Of a stretch of DNA of 64,000 nt, positions 1 through 13,000 are shown in pieces. The position numbers and the translations under genes are program-made. Location: contig NMRA01000975.1 of the NCBI GenBank assembly GCA_002633005.1, positions 17,958 through 81,957 of the forward strand. Direction: 5' to 3'. The notes under the pieces are model-generated. The model had not been told where the DNA came from, ran no database searches, and was given only the letters and a program-made list of their open reading frames with translations. Each line of letters opens with the position of its first letter. Within the stretch, counting starts at the first letter, position 1. The stretch comes from Phoronis australis. Lineage: Eukaryota; Animalia; Phoronida.

Positions 1-772
1 TACAGATAACCCTGCCTTAAAATGTAATGCAGTATTATCAACAGTAAAATGTTCGACAGGAAATTACACGTCTAGTAAAGTCGAAAAATAACAAGTTCGG
101 AACAAAAGCAATCATAACAGTTTTGAAATATTTTTCTGAACTCCTTTAAAAATCTTCTACAAAGGTGTATTTCAAGAAAAGGCGTGATACCATATGTGAA
201 ACTTAATAACAAAACGAACATGAATTGGTCATAGAAACGACATACTGGGTATCTTAAGGCCATACATTAAAAGAAATTATATGTCTGTTAAATATTAATG
301 AAAAACAAACACACAACTGAATTTCATGTTTTCCTTCAAAAACATAAACATGACACAGATTACGACACAAAGCAGGAAAAAATCAACAGGCACATCGGCA
401 AACGAACTTATACCACGTGAGCCGGTACGGACCATTTACAAATTTTCAATATAACCAAAGGGTTACAGGTACTTATACTAGACAAATCAAAGGCTATCCT
501 CAGTAAGTAGTAACGTTAAATGTCGACGCTTGTAATCACTTCAGATGCTGGTTCTTCTAATCAACCAACTGTTAGTTCACTTTCTCCATAAATATCCTAT
601 TGTTTGGACAATGAATCATACGACTATACTACTAAATGTGACACCAGCAAGGAAACTGATCGATAAATATGTGAATTAGTAAATAATCGGAACGACAGGA
701 AAACTGATGAAACACTGCGGTAGCGTTTACTCCGCAGCAATACAATTTTCTTTTACCACAGCCACGAGACTA

Positions 773-1084
773 TTAGCTATTGAGTTCGACTCCACGGGTT
801 TCAAGAAAGACGGCGACAACTTCCAGAATATTCTCCGTGATCCTTCTCGCTTCCTGCGCGTGATGTTCTTTAAAATAGTCACTGGGAACTCCTTGGCTGT
901 ACACATCCGGGTATCGAAGTCTCGTCGGATCTCCTACTAGTCTTTGAAGATCTCCTGCCAATCCCCGAAGGGTTTGGGCAGCAGGCAAATCAAGAGTGCA
1001 CGCTACGGTGTTCAAGTCATGCGTCATGGACTTAAGGTTCGCATCAACAGCGAACTGAGCGGCCTTTAACGCCTTCTCTGCTGA
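773..1084 (-). CDS. Sacsin-like terminal exon, C-terminal part of HEPN domain
   Basis: Acceptor tttcag at 1086-1085, phase 0. Encodes SAEKALKAA...THDL...TRLRYPD to the stop at 773; continues in frame from WACHKCHQ of the giant exon. Confidence 0.92.
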   Translation of the reverse strand, partial: SAEKALKAAQFAVDANLKSMTHDLNTVACTLDLPAAQTLRGLAGDLQRLVGDPTRLRYPDVYSQGVPSDYFKEHHAQEARRITENILEVVAVFLETRGVELNS

Positions 1085-4000
1085 CTGAAATACCGCAAGA
1101 AATTTAATTCTCACATGACCTAGAATATGTTACGACAGGACTTGTTAATAACACCAAGTACGTAATGTTTTGATATTACATGGGCGAATCACGAATTAGT
1201 GGTAAGTAGAAAACCATACGCCTTACATTTTATCGTCTGCAAAACACTTATACAACAAAACGCGCGCCAACCAAGCAATGCCGGAGTTACACCGACCTCT
1301 AGTCTACATACACTGTCACGACGTTACGAAAGCTGAATGCAATTTACAATTGTTAAGTTTGAAACAAAAATGTTAACAAGAAGTAACTGGGTTTACTTTA
1401 CATCGCACAAGCGTGTTTTTACAAAAATGGTGTCATGTGGTTGAAAGTTTTAGACACGTCGAATTTTTCGGCAAAAAGATCGTTTTTACGGCAAGCCTCG
1501 GGAGTTTGAGGAAATTTGCAAGAGGTTTAGCCCATGTCATAAACCTGAGACGAGTGTAGGATTTTCTCTCTATATTTGAAATAAAATGGGAGTTCTGAAG
1601 GGACACACGCACGGACATACACTAACACACACGCGAGTGTGCTCCTAAAAGGCGCGATAGGTGTAGATACTCCCATAGAAGTGGCATACGGGAAGTGTCA
1701 TTCAAAAGGGTTACCTATTCATGGTCATATTTCCCCACAAAAACGCCTTGTCTGCCTCTAAAACTTTCACTTTGGTGAAGGTCAAAATTATACACAAGGT
1801 TCTCTTTTCATACACACGCACGCACGCACGTCCCCCTACTCACATAAATTCGGCTGTCCTATCTGGAACAAAAGAAAATCACGGAAGCTCCCAACAAAAG
1901 TTTGTCTTTTCTGAGTTTACTCAATAAATGGGTGAGGTATCTTAGTTTTGCAAATTCACCCCCTTCAAAAATGTAGTCTGGTGACCGTGGTGTACACACG
2001 TGCCAAAAATGCCGCCAGCGGCATAGTACAAGAGGGGGTAATTTGCATCTATATCACGAAGCAGGGAGAACCATGATGCAACGCGTCACCATATTTTAGT
2101 AATTCACGGTGTCCAAATATGTCAGTAGCCTGTGCTGGTTCGACGTGTCCGCAGTCTCCCACCGGAGTCGAGGGCTGCTTTTCAATCCACAGGAATGTAC
2201 CGTATATCTGCATCTGCAGGTCGGGTTTCATATGCAAAATTAGCCAGTAAAAAGTTGGCGTGAAAAAAAGTGTGGTGGAAAATTGGTCGCGACAGGGGAC
2301 AGAAATTTGAGGGGGGAGGGGTGAATCCAAGACAATTTTAAGACAGTGATTCCTAAATTAAGATTTTGCGGCCTCTTTTGATAACTGGCTATGGGAAAAT
2401 TTGTAAGACATTTGATATTATTTGAATGATCATTAGTTGGTGTATACCAAGAGGAAAAATCCACGGGAGAAAGGGGAAGAGTGACAGGCATGTTCCATTA
2501 CATTTACTATCTTTTGATTATAAAAATTTAACAAGGCAATCAGAGTGCAGGGTGCAAAGACACCGTTTGTTAAAAGCCATAACAGCGAGGTGATATGAAC
2601 TCAATACTGACATAAGGGATTAGTATAGCAACAAACCCATGTTAAACATACAGATATGTAAAACTGTTAATAGTGCTTATTTTTCATTACCTAAAGATCG
2701 CCTGTGTCTATATATCAATATGCATAACGTAGGTGACTACCCGTTTTTTCATTACCTACAGATCACATAGGTCTAAATATAATGAGCATAATGTCGGTGA
2801 CTATCCGGTTAACACCACATCACAAACTATTGTTGGATTTCTCAACCTGATTTTACAATGTACATATATGTACAAGTTCTACTAAGCAGAGAACATCGCC
2901 ACTTTGAGCTGGCAAGTCATACTATAACACTCATTTTGGTTAGTTCTGCTTAGCCGTTTGATAAACTACCATCTCAGTTATACTAAAACTGTTCATCTAT
3001 GTAACATGTATAGTTTATGACTCGTTACATTACAGGGCCAAGCAACTCAAACTGCACTTTAGATGAAAAAGAGAAATAAATAACGTGATTGACCGCAGGA
3101 AGGGAGGGGGGGGGGCGGCATGACAAACAAAAGAGAACCCAAGTTCGGAAATACTTAAATTTAGATATTTAAAAAAATTATTTAGATTTATCACCGGAAC
3201 GAATCATAGACGAGCATTGGTCAATGACAGTTTCTCTCTTCTTAAAAATAAAATACACCAAACACATAACGTGATGGAACATCTATACAGTATTCACTGT
3301 TAAGATTTTCATACAAGTTAGGAAAAAGAGCCCTCAACATTCCCGCAGGGGTTCAGCAAGTACCGTACCATACACATGAAATGAGAGATCACTGTACGGG
3401 CACAGACTGGTACATTAGATACTCGATCATTATCACCAGACTAGGAAATTAAAAACTCAAAGGGTAAAACCGCCATTATTTCGAATCACGCCCACACAAA
3501 CATTGCTTACCTGATGACATTTATGACACGCCCAAACGTATGACACTTCCTGCGCTGTAGGTGGAACGTCGTTTCTGGCCGCCTTGAAATCGTCTAAAGC
3601 TTGGCGATACCAATTCCGCGCTGACACAGGCCGCGGGGAGGGATGAGGCGGTCTGCTACTGAAAAACCATAAACTGTTTCCAGTACCACCAGAAGAAACA
3701 TAAGTCTGTCTCCACGTCACTCGTCTTTTGCAATAAACAGTAACACGCCGTTGTATTCTTTGTCGTCGGCAAACTGCACCTGATGTCGTCTCTTGGTGGG
3801 TCCGCTCGTACACGGAGACAATGCTTTCAAGGCACTGAAAGATTTCTTCACACGCCTCTCTATTATCTTCGTTCCTATCTGGGTGCCAGTGCATGAAAAG
3901 TCGATCCATGAATCGTTCTCTTTGATCGTCTGTCATTCTCCAAGCTTCCTGCACCTGCTTTTCAATGTCTCGTATGGCCTCTACTTTGTTCAGAGAATTA

Positions 4001-7000
4001 CCATGTAGGTCCTCGTTCTGCGGGACGGGACGCCAAAAGTTGTACAGGTCTACAGCATTTACTTCTACTTCACCGTCTCCGATGCTTACAAGGTAGCGTC
4101 TTATGAAGGCATCCGGGTTCTCTGTGCAGTCTCTTAGAATCATGGCTATTATGAACTCTGGTTCGCCATTATCGTTCCGCCGACCGGAATCATAACCCAC
4201 TAAGTCACCGTCGTCAAACCTGAAGAAGCCTTGCTCCAGCAAGTGGTTCATGTCATCAGGAATCTTGTCACCGGGAACAACCCCAGCTTCTTCGACAGGC
4301 AATCTCCGAATTTTGTGTCTATCCAGAATAACGTAAAGATCTTGGAGCGAGTTTTCAAGCTTCAGAAGTTCTACCAGTAGTAATACGTCGACTTCAATGT
4401 TTACTCCTAAATGATTTACAATGTCCATTGCCAGGACAATATAAACATCAGCAGGCCGTACATTAGAATTGATATAAACCTTGAAGAGAGAACATTCCCC
4501 ACGTACTACAGACACATTCTTGCTTGTTTTGCTTTCACACAATTTACTTCCGGACGCGTCCACATAATACTCCTTAATGGTTTCAGCTTCGAAAACTTCG
4601 ATGTTGCCAAATTTCTCTCGAACAAACTTTAGAATACCTTTTACAGATAGGTTAGTATTGGAGTGGACGTGACACATAAGTCTGGCAAAAGCAATGTGAA
4701 AAACGTCACATTTGAGTCGCTCATGAATAGCTTTAACAAAGTTATCATGTGATTGGTCATGCCTAAGTATTTCGCCCTCTTTTTCAATTTTTGTATGTAC
4801 GAGGTCAGACAATATTAATGGACGATACTGTCCTGGAAGAAGTGATATCTTGTCTTTGTAGTCATTTTCAAATGACGCTGTAATAGCCAGCGGTGGGTAG
4901 GCAATTGCGTCACCGAGTTCTTCATAAACTCGATCGTCGTCAATGACAACACACTTATCAGCAGCAACCATTTTCTTGTCACGTGTTGGCAAAAATAGAC
5001 CATTGGGGAATCTTGCATTCCTAATGTCTTCATCAGAACAGCTTAGCAAAGCTAAGAGAGCTTTTTGTGCCTTCTTAAATTCTTCACAATGAAGAGTGTC
5101 TCCACTAGCACACGACATAATTTCGTAAAGGACGCCTCCAAGGAGATTTACGCTGAGCACACGGCTAGTTCCCAGCATTACAAAAAGATCTAGGAACTGT
5201 GCGATGTTCGAAGGCAATTTAAATAGATACGGTCGGATTTGATGCCCTTCTGTGATGTCTTCTACCACTTGTCTGGCAAACACAAACATATTGTGATCAC
5301 TGATAACTACTAATGGTGTCCTTCGAAGTTTTTCTTGCTCAGAAAAACTCAAACTAGAGTGACTGAAAAACGAATAAATGCTTCTCATAACAGTTAGAAT
5401 AAGGCCAGTGTCCCATGCTGTTTGATGTTCAATCGGTTTATGCATTTGGATTGAGGAGCACAAATTAAAGCAGTGCCTGACGACCAGAGAAGATGGTGGA
5501 TGTAGGTAAGCGCCCAAAGACCCAGCAAGACTCTCATTGATGTTTGAAAAGCGTGGTAACATAATGGCGGAGCTCCAACACAAATGAACGTTACCACTGC
5601 CAAGAACAGCCCCATTAAACTTTGCGAATCTTTCTTCATTGAAGCAGGCATGAAGTTGGATAATTTCAGGAGGCAGTCGTTCTTGAACGACAAATTCTAT
5701 ATCCTTCAACTGGTGGAGGACGTCAGCATGTTCTTCATGATTTTCCAAAAGATAAATAGTCAAAATCCGCGACTTTCTGAACTTGTCTTCATAATCTAGT
5801 TCACTATCAAGACATGCAATGGTCTGAGCAAAACTGACTAACTGGTCACCTGAAACAGTTTGCTGTAACCCAAGGTCTAACAAGAAGGAATGCCAACCTG
5901 AACTCTTGAATGGTATAGGAGGGAAATTTCGCTCTTCCAACATCTCGGCAAAAATGTCCAGCTCCCAATCGAAGAACTCACTAGCTGTGCACAGTATCCC
6001 ACTTTCTCCTTTAATGAACGGGGCATTTCTCAGACTTGACAAAAACGACTTACGCTTTTGATGGTCTCTAAAGCCTGGCATGATATGGTCTTTTATATAC
6101 GTTAGATGGTCAAGTCTTCCATTCCCTGACATTTCACCAAAATGTTGAAGTATGTAGTTGGCATACAGATCGGACCGTTCAATCCTCTCGATTCCAAGAC
6201 AATCCATCACTTCTCTTTCTTGGACCATTCTGTCCAAGAACACAACACTGCTATCGCTTTCCCACACGTGAGCATCTGTAGATGGTACATTATATGTGAG
6301 CACCACGCCTCGTTTGTCATCGAGTTTGACAAGAGAGCCGCCTTTAGTGCAAAAAAATGGCAGGTGCTTAATTCTTCTCAGAATGGTTGAGTCTTTGTTT
6401 GCAACAGAGCAGAGATACCTAAGCAATGTGAAACCCTGTTGTTTGTCCAAAACGCCATCAATTGAAACACTTTCTTGTCGTAATTCAATAGCACGTAACA
6501 CGTCCAAGGGATTGTCCACGCTGCTAACAATTGAGTGAAGAGCGTGGCAATCGTGCAGCTTGTCGTCGTATAGAAATGGCACACCCAAGACTTCCAGGGA
6601 GCACAACACTGGACGTTCCATCAGTTTATCGCTGTTATTGACAACACTTTTACATTTTCCAATTTGAACTAGAACAAGTTCGTTTTTCCTTCGACATGCT
6701 GGTACGAGACAGAATTTCGAGAGTGGATTGAGGGAAATCGTTTTGACGTCTTTCAGAAGTTTTGCTTTCGTATCGATAAAAGACCAGAATTTTCCAATCC
6801 ATTCACACCTGATTTCGTCCAACTTAAGTTCATTTCTGCTTTCAAATTCCTTCGGCAACATATTCGATAGTGACTGTACAGAAAGCTCTTTGAATACACG
6901 TGTGTGAAGATAATGGGAAAGCGGCGAAAACACTTCGCTCACCAGCTGTTGGTGAACGAAGTTGTCGTGATAGTTTGGTGTTGCTAAACTTGTGTAAGGG

Positions 7001-10000
7001 GACAAGAACATTTGGGAATGGATAGAAAAGGTTTTGATACTTTCTGCCTCAGTCATTAGAAGTCGGGTACCTTCCAGACGTTTCTCAAACTCTTTTCTGT
7101 TTTTCTTACAGTGCTTAAGAATTTCAATGACTTCTTCGGTGGTTAGCATTGTTTCGTTACTTATGCTAGGTTTTCTAAAGAACTCCATTACGGTTTCAGG
7201 TGTTGACGTGCGAACTGCGACTTTACTTTTTGTAAATTCGTTCACTAACAACGAGAATGGCTCCCACAAAAGGTTCAGACCACACCTAAGAACTACAGTG
7301 GCGAGTTTCTGGTACCTTTTTATCTCAGTATCAGTCGCTGGCAAGGCAATTGAGCTCGTTCGCAGGTTATCGAATATGGCTCCATTCACTCCTTTCTCGC
7401 GAGCTGGTAGCCACGTCACTGAGCACCTATCCTGGTCATCTGAAGGACTATGAACTACTGGCAGAGCTTCAACATCTTTGGTGTCTAGGATGCAATAAAA
7501 TCTTCGGACTATTGAATTAGCGAAGTCAGAAGTGTTTTCAGTTTTAGGAAACAAGCTTAGATATGTGCGCAATCTTGATCTTGACGTAGTGCTATCCGTC
7601 AAACAAACAACACGCTTTTTGAACTCTACCACCAAACGTAAGTAGGCATGAGCAATGACATGGCGTATCAAAATATCATTCCACTCCGTCTTAATATCCC
7701 CATCCGTAGATTTCCAAACACTTCGCCTTGCTTCATGATCGAGTGCAAAATGCCCATTAACATGGACGGGCAAATGAGTTTTCTGAGGCAATGGAAGAAA
7801 ACAAAAAACACTGTGTCGGTACATCTGTCTGGGGGCGGTTAACTCACACGCTACACCGGCACGAGGAAGAAGTGCCAACTCTTTTCTAGAAATAGCGTTG
7901 CAAATACTCTCAGATTTGTGTTCACTGTCTTCAAATCCAAATTTTTGAACAACGAGCCATCTTTTGTTCGTTCTAGCGGAATCAATTACTGACATCTCAT
8001 ATGCAACTTCCTTCGACGGAATAGACCAGATATCTTTAAGTAACGCTGATTTCGTAAAAGATTTAAACTTGGTTAACTCTTCCACTTCGCTACTGCTGTC
8101 AACAGTAGCTGTAACGGTGAAGGCGTCAATATCAGACTTTTCATCTTTAATCTCGTACAGACTAATCTTCCTAACGTTATTCATGAAAAGCAAACACGTC
8201 TGAGCTTCCAACTTCAAGTTCGATAGCAATGTGCGAGCATTTTCAACACTGGTGGGATATTTCTTGATTTCAGATTTCTCTGCCATTTCAGAAGTTCTCA
8301 ATGGAAATCTGAAAAGAGTGCCGGCAGCCGACAGTGCGGCTCTGCTACGCACACTGTCGTAGCATCCAAAAACGGAGGGAAACGTGTTTCTTAGTTTATC
8401 CAAATTTCCAAAGCACCTTCCTGGAGCCCCTGAGGTTGCAGCAGGGACGTACGAACAATGAGGGTCGAATACATACAACCTCTCACCTTCACCTGTCAGG
8501 TTTGTGAGAAAGGAAGGTGCGTCCGTGAGGTGGTACACTGCGTTGAAGCCGACTCCGTACTGGCCTGTTTTCGTGGGATCACTTCCCTTATTTCCTTCTC
8601 CAAGGTTTTGGATACCCTCCACGTCTTCCTTGGTGAAAGGTTTGTTGTTGTAAACACAAAGCGCGGGGCCCTGTAAAGGCTTCCAACTGTCTTCAAAGAT
8701 TCTATCATTTGGATGATTACGACTGTCGAGACAAAAGTGGACCTCTGTTGCCTGAGCATCGTCAGCGTTTTGTAGCAATTCCTTCAATATATCCACTTGG
8801 CCAGGATACCCATCAAGAATTCTTTTAATTCTGTTTGTAAGCTTTTCTTTTTGACCAAATGGTATTCCAATCGACGCATCTTCTAGTGCTTTACTACGCT
8901 TTGTCTGAACTCCTAAAGCATTGGCCACGCGATATGTAATGTCACTGTCTACAAATGGCATTTCATTGTCAAGTATCCAGGGACAATCATTGAAACACAT
9001 GGTAGAAGCTAGCTGTAAGACTTTGTCTGCTTCATTTGGCAAATACACTTCGTTGACAGGGGGTTCCTCTTTCATGGAATCTGCAATGCATTTTGCAACA
9101 TCCCTAGCAAGGCAAAGCATCTCTGAGGTCAAAGGGTTATCGTCAAATAGTATTTTCATATCCGAAAGAAGTGTACAGTACTGTTGAACACTAAACTTTT
9201 TCGCAACACCCATTGCTTCTAGAAGTTTGCGAAAATCCCGGATCATGTCAGTAGGTGCTTTGAAGAGGAAAGGAGGGAAGCCTTCTGAAAAAGAAACCTC
9301 AGATGGCGTAACAAACTTATTTCTCTCAGCAATAAGAACACACTTCTTGTCCTTAAAGATATCTTGGAATTTAGGAGTTGGAGGATTCCTAAGTCTGCTT
9401 TGTAAATACTTGTAGATGTCGTTCGTTACACGACGCAAATTGGTTGGCGCACTACTGTTTTCAATTGCATCAACCACGTTAGAAAGATTGACAATGACGT
9501 CCTCCATTAAAAGTTGAGCATGAGTCATTCCAGCAATCAATTTGACACTTGCTATTTCTCTCACCGTTCCGACAAGATTGTCTGACGACACTTCACACAA
9601 CATGGAGGGTTTTTGGAACTTTTCATTTTGACCATACCACTCCAGTGAAATTGGGTATTCACCAGGGCGCATTTTCACAGGTATCCAAGATGTGTCTTCT
9701 AAGCATTGTTTCAAATTTCCAGCACAGTTAATTCGTTCCTTGAGATAATCTGGCCGAACGCGAAGCAATTGCAGAATTTCATTCGCTTTTTCAACTCCTT
9801 TCTGATAAGGTAAGCCAACGAGTAGCTGCGAAGCTTGGAGTATTTCTAGTGGCAGCACGTCTTTCAAAGTCCTCAAACCAAGTTGGCGAAGATGAGGTAG
9901 AATGTCATACGATGCACAAGATCCATCAAGAAAGACTGGTTGACCATAGAAAAGGCGTCGAAGTTTATGGTCTTCCGGATCGAATAGACTTGTGAGATTT

Positions 10001-13000
10001 ACAAGTTCTCCATCACTACGAAGGAAAATGCTACATTCCTTAATGCATTTCTTCAACTTCGACTCATTGTTTACTAGCTGCATGTGATTTCTAATGACGT
10101 GTGTTAAAAGGTCTTCGACTTCTTTATTAGAGTACCTTGAGATATGACAGCACATTATATCTACCAACAAGTCTTTCAAGGTAATTACTTTCCCTTTCAG
10201 CGACAGGCACAAATGTTTTGTTCTTTCGTCTTCCGGTTGGATCAAAGGGTTTGGTAATCTGAATGGTATTGACTCAATCGGTGACATTATTTTAATGTCT
10301 TGAAGTGAATGCAATGTGTTTTCACAGAAACTGAGCGTATTTGTAGTCACGTTGAACATCGGCAAAGACCTCAGCAGTTCGCGGTGCTCATCCAGAATAT
10401 AAGCATCAGCTTTTGCAAGCTCAGAGCGAAATTTGTACACCAAGTCGTGTGGAACAGCTTTCATCTTTGTTACAACGCTTGTTCTGTCAAGGACTGAAAG
10501 TGCACTTAACAACCCAGAAATTGAAGGTGGGTTCACGTACTCATGAATCAATGGATGACGTTTGACAAAAGGAAACAACCCGTCAACAACTACAACTCCC
10601 AACACCTCTGCCATTGGGAATACGGGGTTAAGGACACTGCTCATCTCTGCATCCTTGTAAATGATTGGGCTATTCTTGGACAAACGCTTCAAGTACGTCG
10701 ACCCATCGCATATGCGAAGTGGCAGTAGACACATATCTTCAATACGCCAAAGGTCTTTGGGGAACATTCTCACCAGATAGTTCCACACAGTTTCAGACCA
10801 ACATAAACTTAGATGCATCTCATTATCAGGATTCCAAGGACACATGTCTCCACTCACAGGCGAAGGAGCGACCAGGGATAGCATCTTCACCACATGTTCT
10901 TTTGTCATCATCGTCAAGTTCGTTTTCTCTGCAATGTTACAAAATCATACCAGTCTACATAAGTATAGCTTCAAAAGGTAGTCTGTTTAATTGCGAAAGG
11001 GAATCAGCAATACCAATATACTCAATTCGTTGACCTGTTGTTGTATCGGTCAAAAATACACAGATGCAATGATTCAAACACATTTTAGGGTGAAATTTAG
11101 AAATGTGTCACGTGCAAAGTATCAAAAACACGTCAAGCCACCACTCAAATATTTTGGTGTGTTTTTATACATACATTGTGATTTCAAGCTTTTGAAAAAT
11201 AATGAAACTTACCGGACTTCGCAATTCTCTCAAGAAGTTGTTGTCCGTCGGAGTTTACATTCTGACTGATTAGTCGATTTTCAAGACCTGGAAATAATTT
11301 CGACGAGTGATCGCTGGTTGTAAGGTAAACCGTATCGTGTTCATTGTATTGATTCTGGAATACCGTGAAGAGTCCGCTTGCCAATGGGAGCAACTTGAGG
11401 TCAATAAGGCCACTGTAATGCTCATCTGCTACTGCATAGGCCAAGATCTCCAAACAATGAGTTTCATTTTCTGGAAATGGTTCCACAGTATTTTGAATAT
11501 CCAACACCGCTCTTCTCAAATGTCCAGGAGTGACAACCTCTTTGTCGAATCGTTCCAACGCAAACTTCACATGTTCTGGAATGCAGACGACGGGTCTGCC
11601 AGCTTTCAGTAGTATGGCATTAATCACGTCTGAATGTTCAGTCTCAGAGAGAAAGCTGAACAACGCTTGATCAAGTGTTATATGTTGACCGCCTCCTTGT
11701 TCAGTGAAGAGGAAAGGAACAGTCTTAACATAGTCCAGAAAACAATGTACCATTTGAAGCCACTTGCTGTCTACAGCTCCTAAATACGGAATTGCCTGGT
11801 GTATGAGGTTCTGGGGAATCTTGAGACTTGTTCCTTCCCGGATGAGCTCTGTGTAAGCCAGAGGCACAGCCTCTTCTAACATTGCTTGGTTCCAAAGCAA
11901 GCTCCTGTCCGTCAACTCGGAGCTCAGTTGCTCGGCGCTAGGCCACTTTAAATGACGCCTATTTTGATCAATGGCGAGGAAGCCGTTCACATGGATAGGT
12001 AGGCCCGTTTGGCTCTTTTGTTCCACAGGAAGTGGCAAGAAACAGAAAACGTGACCTTGAGGGTCTTGAGGCTGAAAGTTACGATCCAGAGACATTGCAA
12101 CAGCTACCCAGGGAAGATAGTACAACGTCTTTTCTTCAAACAATCGCTTTAATTTAGCCAAACGATCACCACCGGCGAAAAAGTTTGCGACCAGCCATCG
12201 ATGTGATGTTTTTACCGACACGGTATTTTCTGAATGAATTGTCTTCTCTTGAGTAAAGCAAACAGAAGTATCCAGCCAGTTTTTGGAGTCAATTGCTTTC
12301 AGAAATGACTGCATGTTCTCTCTAACACTTGTGGAGTTTTCAGATAATTCCACTTTAAAGAACATGCTTGGCTGCTGGTCGCGAGACTCGCGTATATACA
12401 ACTCTATTGACTCCAGTGATGAGAGGAAGAGCAAGCACATGTAAGAGTACTGCTCAAACTGCTCAAAGAGAACTTTCACCTTATTTAAAGGATATTCATC
12501 GGGACACAGCTCTGAGTTGTTACTGGTTGTTCTCAACGGGAATCGGAATAATGTGCCGGGATAGTAATTATCAGTGATACGAGTTTGATTGAAAATGAGT
12601 CCCACGTTAGGGTCAGTGAACGGGGAATAAAACCCTGATTGATCGCCACTAATGTCAACCAGTTTCCAGCAAGCTCCTTTGGTAGGGCGATCTTTGGCAT
12701 CGCGAAAATATTTCTCATGAGGGTCAAGGAAACCAATCTTGTCTCCACTAAGAATTCCCGGCATATCTGCAATGAAACACAATGAAATTTTCAAACTGCA
12801 TTAGTGAGTGTCACTTTGGATGACAACTTAGAGCAGTGATTTCTGAACTGAAACATCAGAGTATTTTGAGGAAACGACGTAGTTATGTTAGGTGCATGGA
12901 TTGAAATACCTGTCATGTGGAATACGGATTTGAAACCTAGCCCAAACCGGCCCACTTTGATCGGGTCATCTTTCTTAAAGCTGTCATAAATGGTGCGGAT

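Noticed and set aside
3457-10917. Stand-alone intronless 2486-aa gene, or a prokaryotic defence operon
   Set aside because: Canonical splice sites join it in frame to flanking exons; the TTG start and VSNVCVG tail are artefacts.
3793-12577. Many plus-strand and alternate-frame ORFs overlapping sacsin
   Set aside because: Shadow ORFs of a long CDS with no recognisable motifs.
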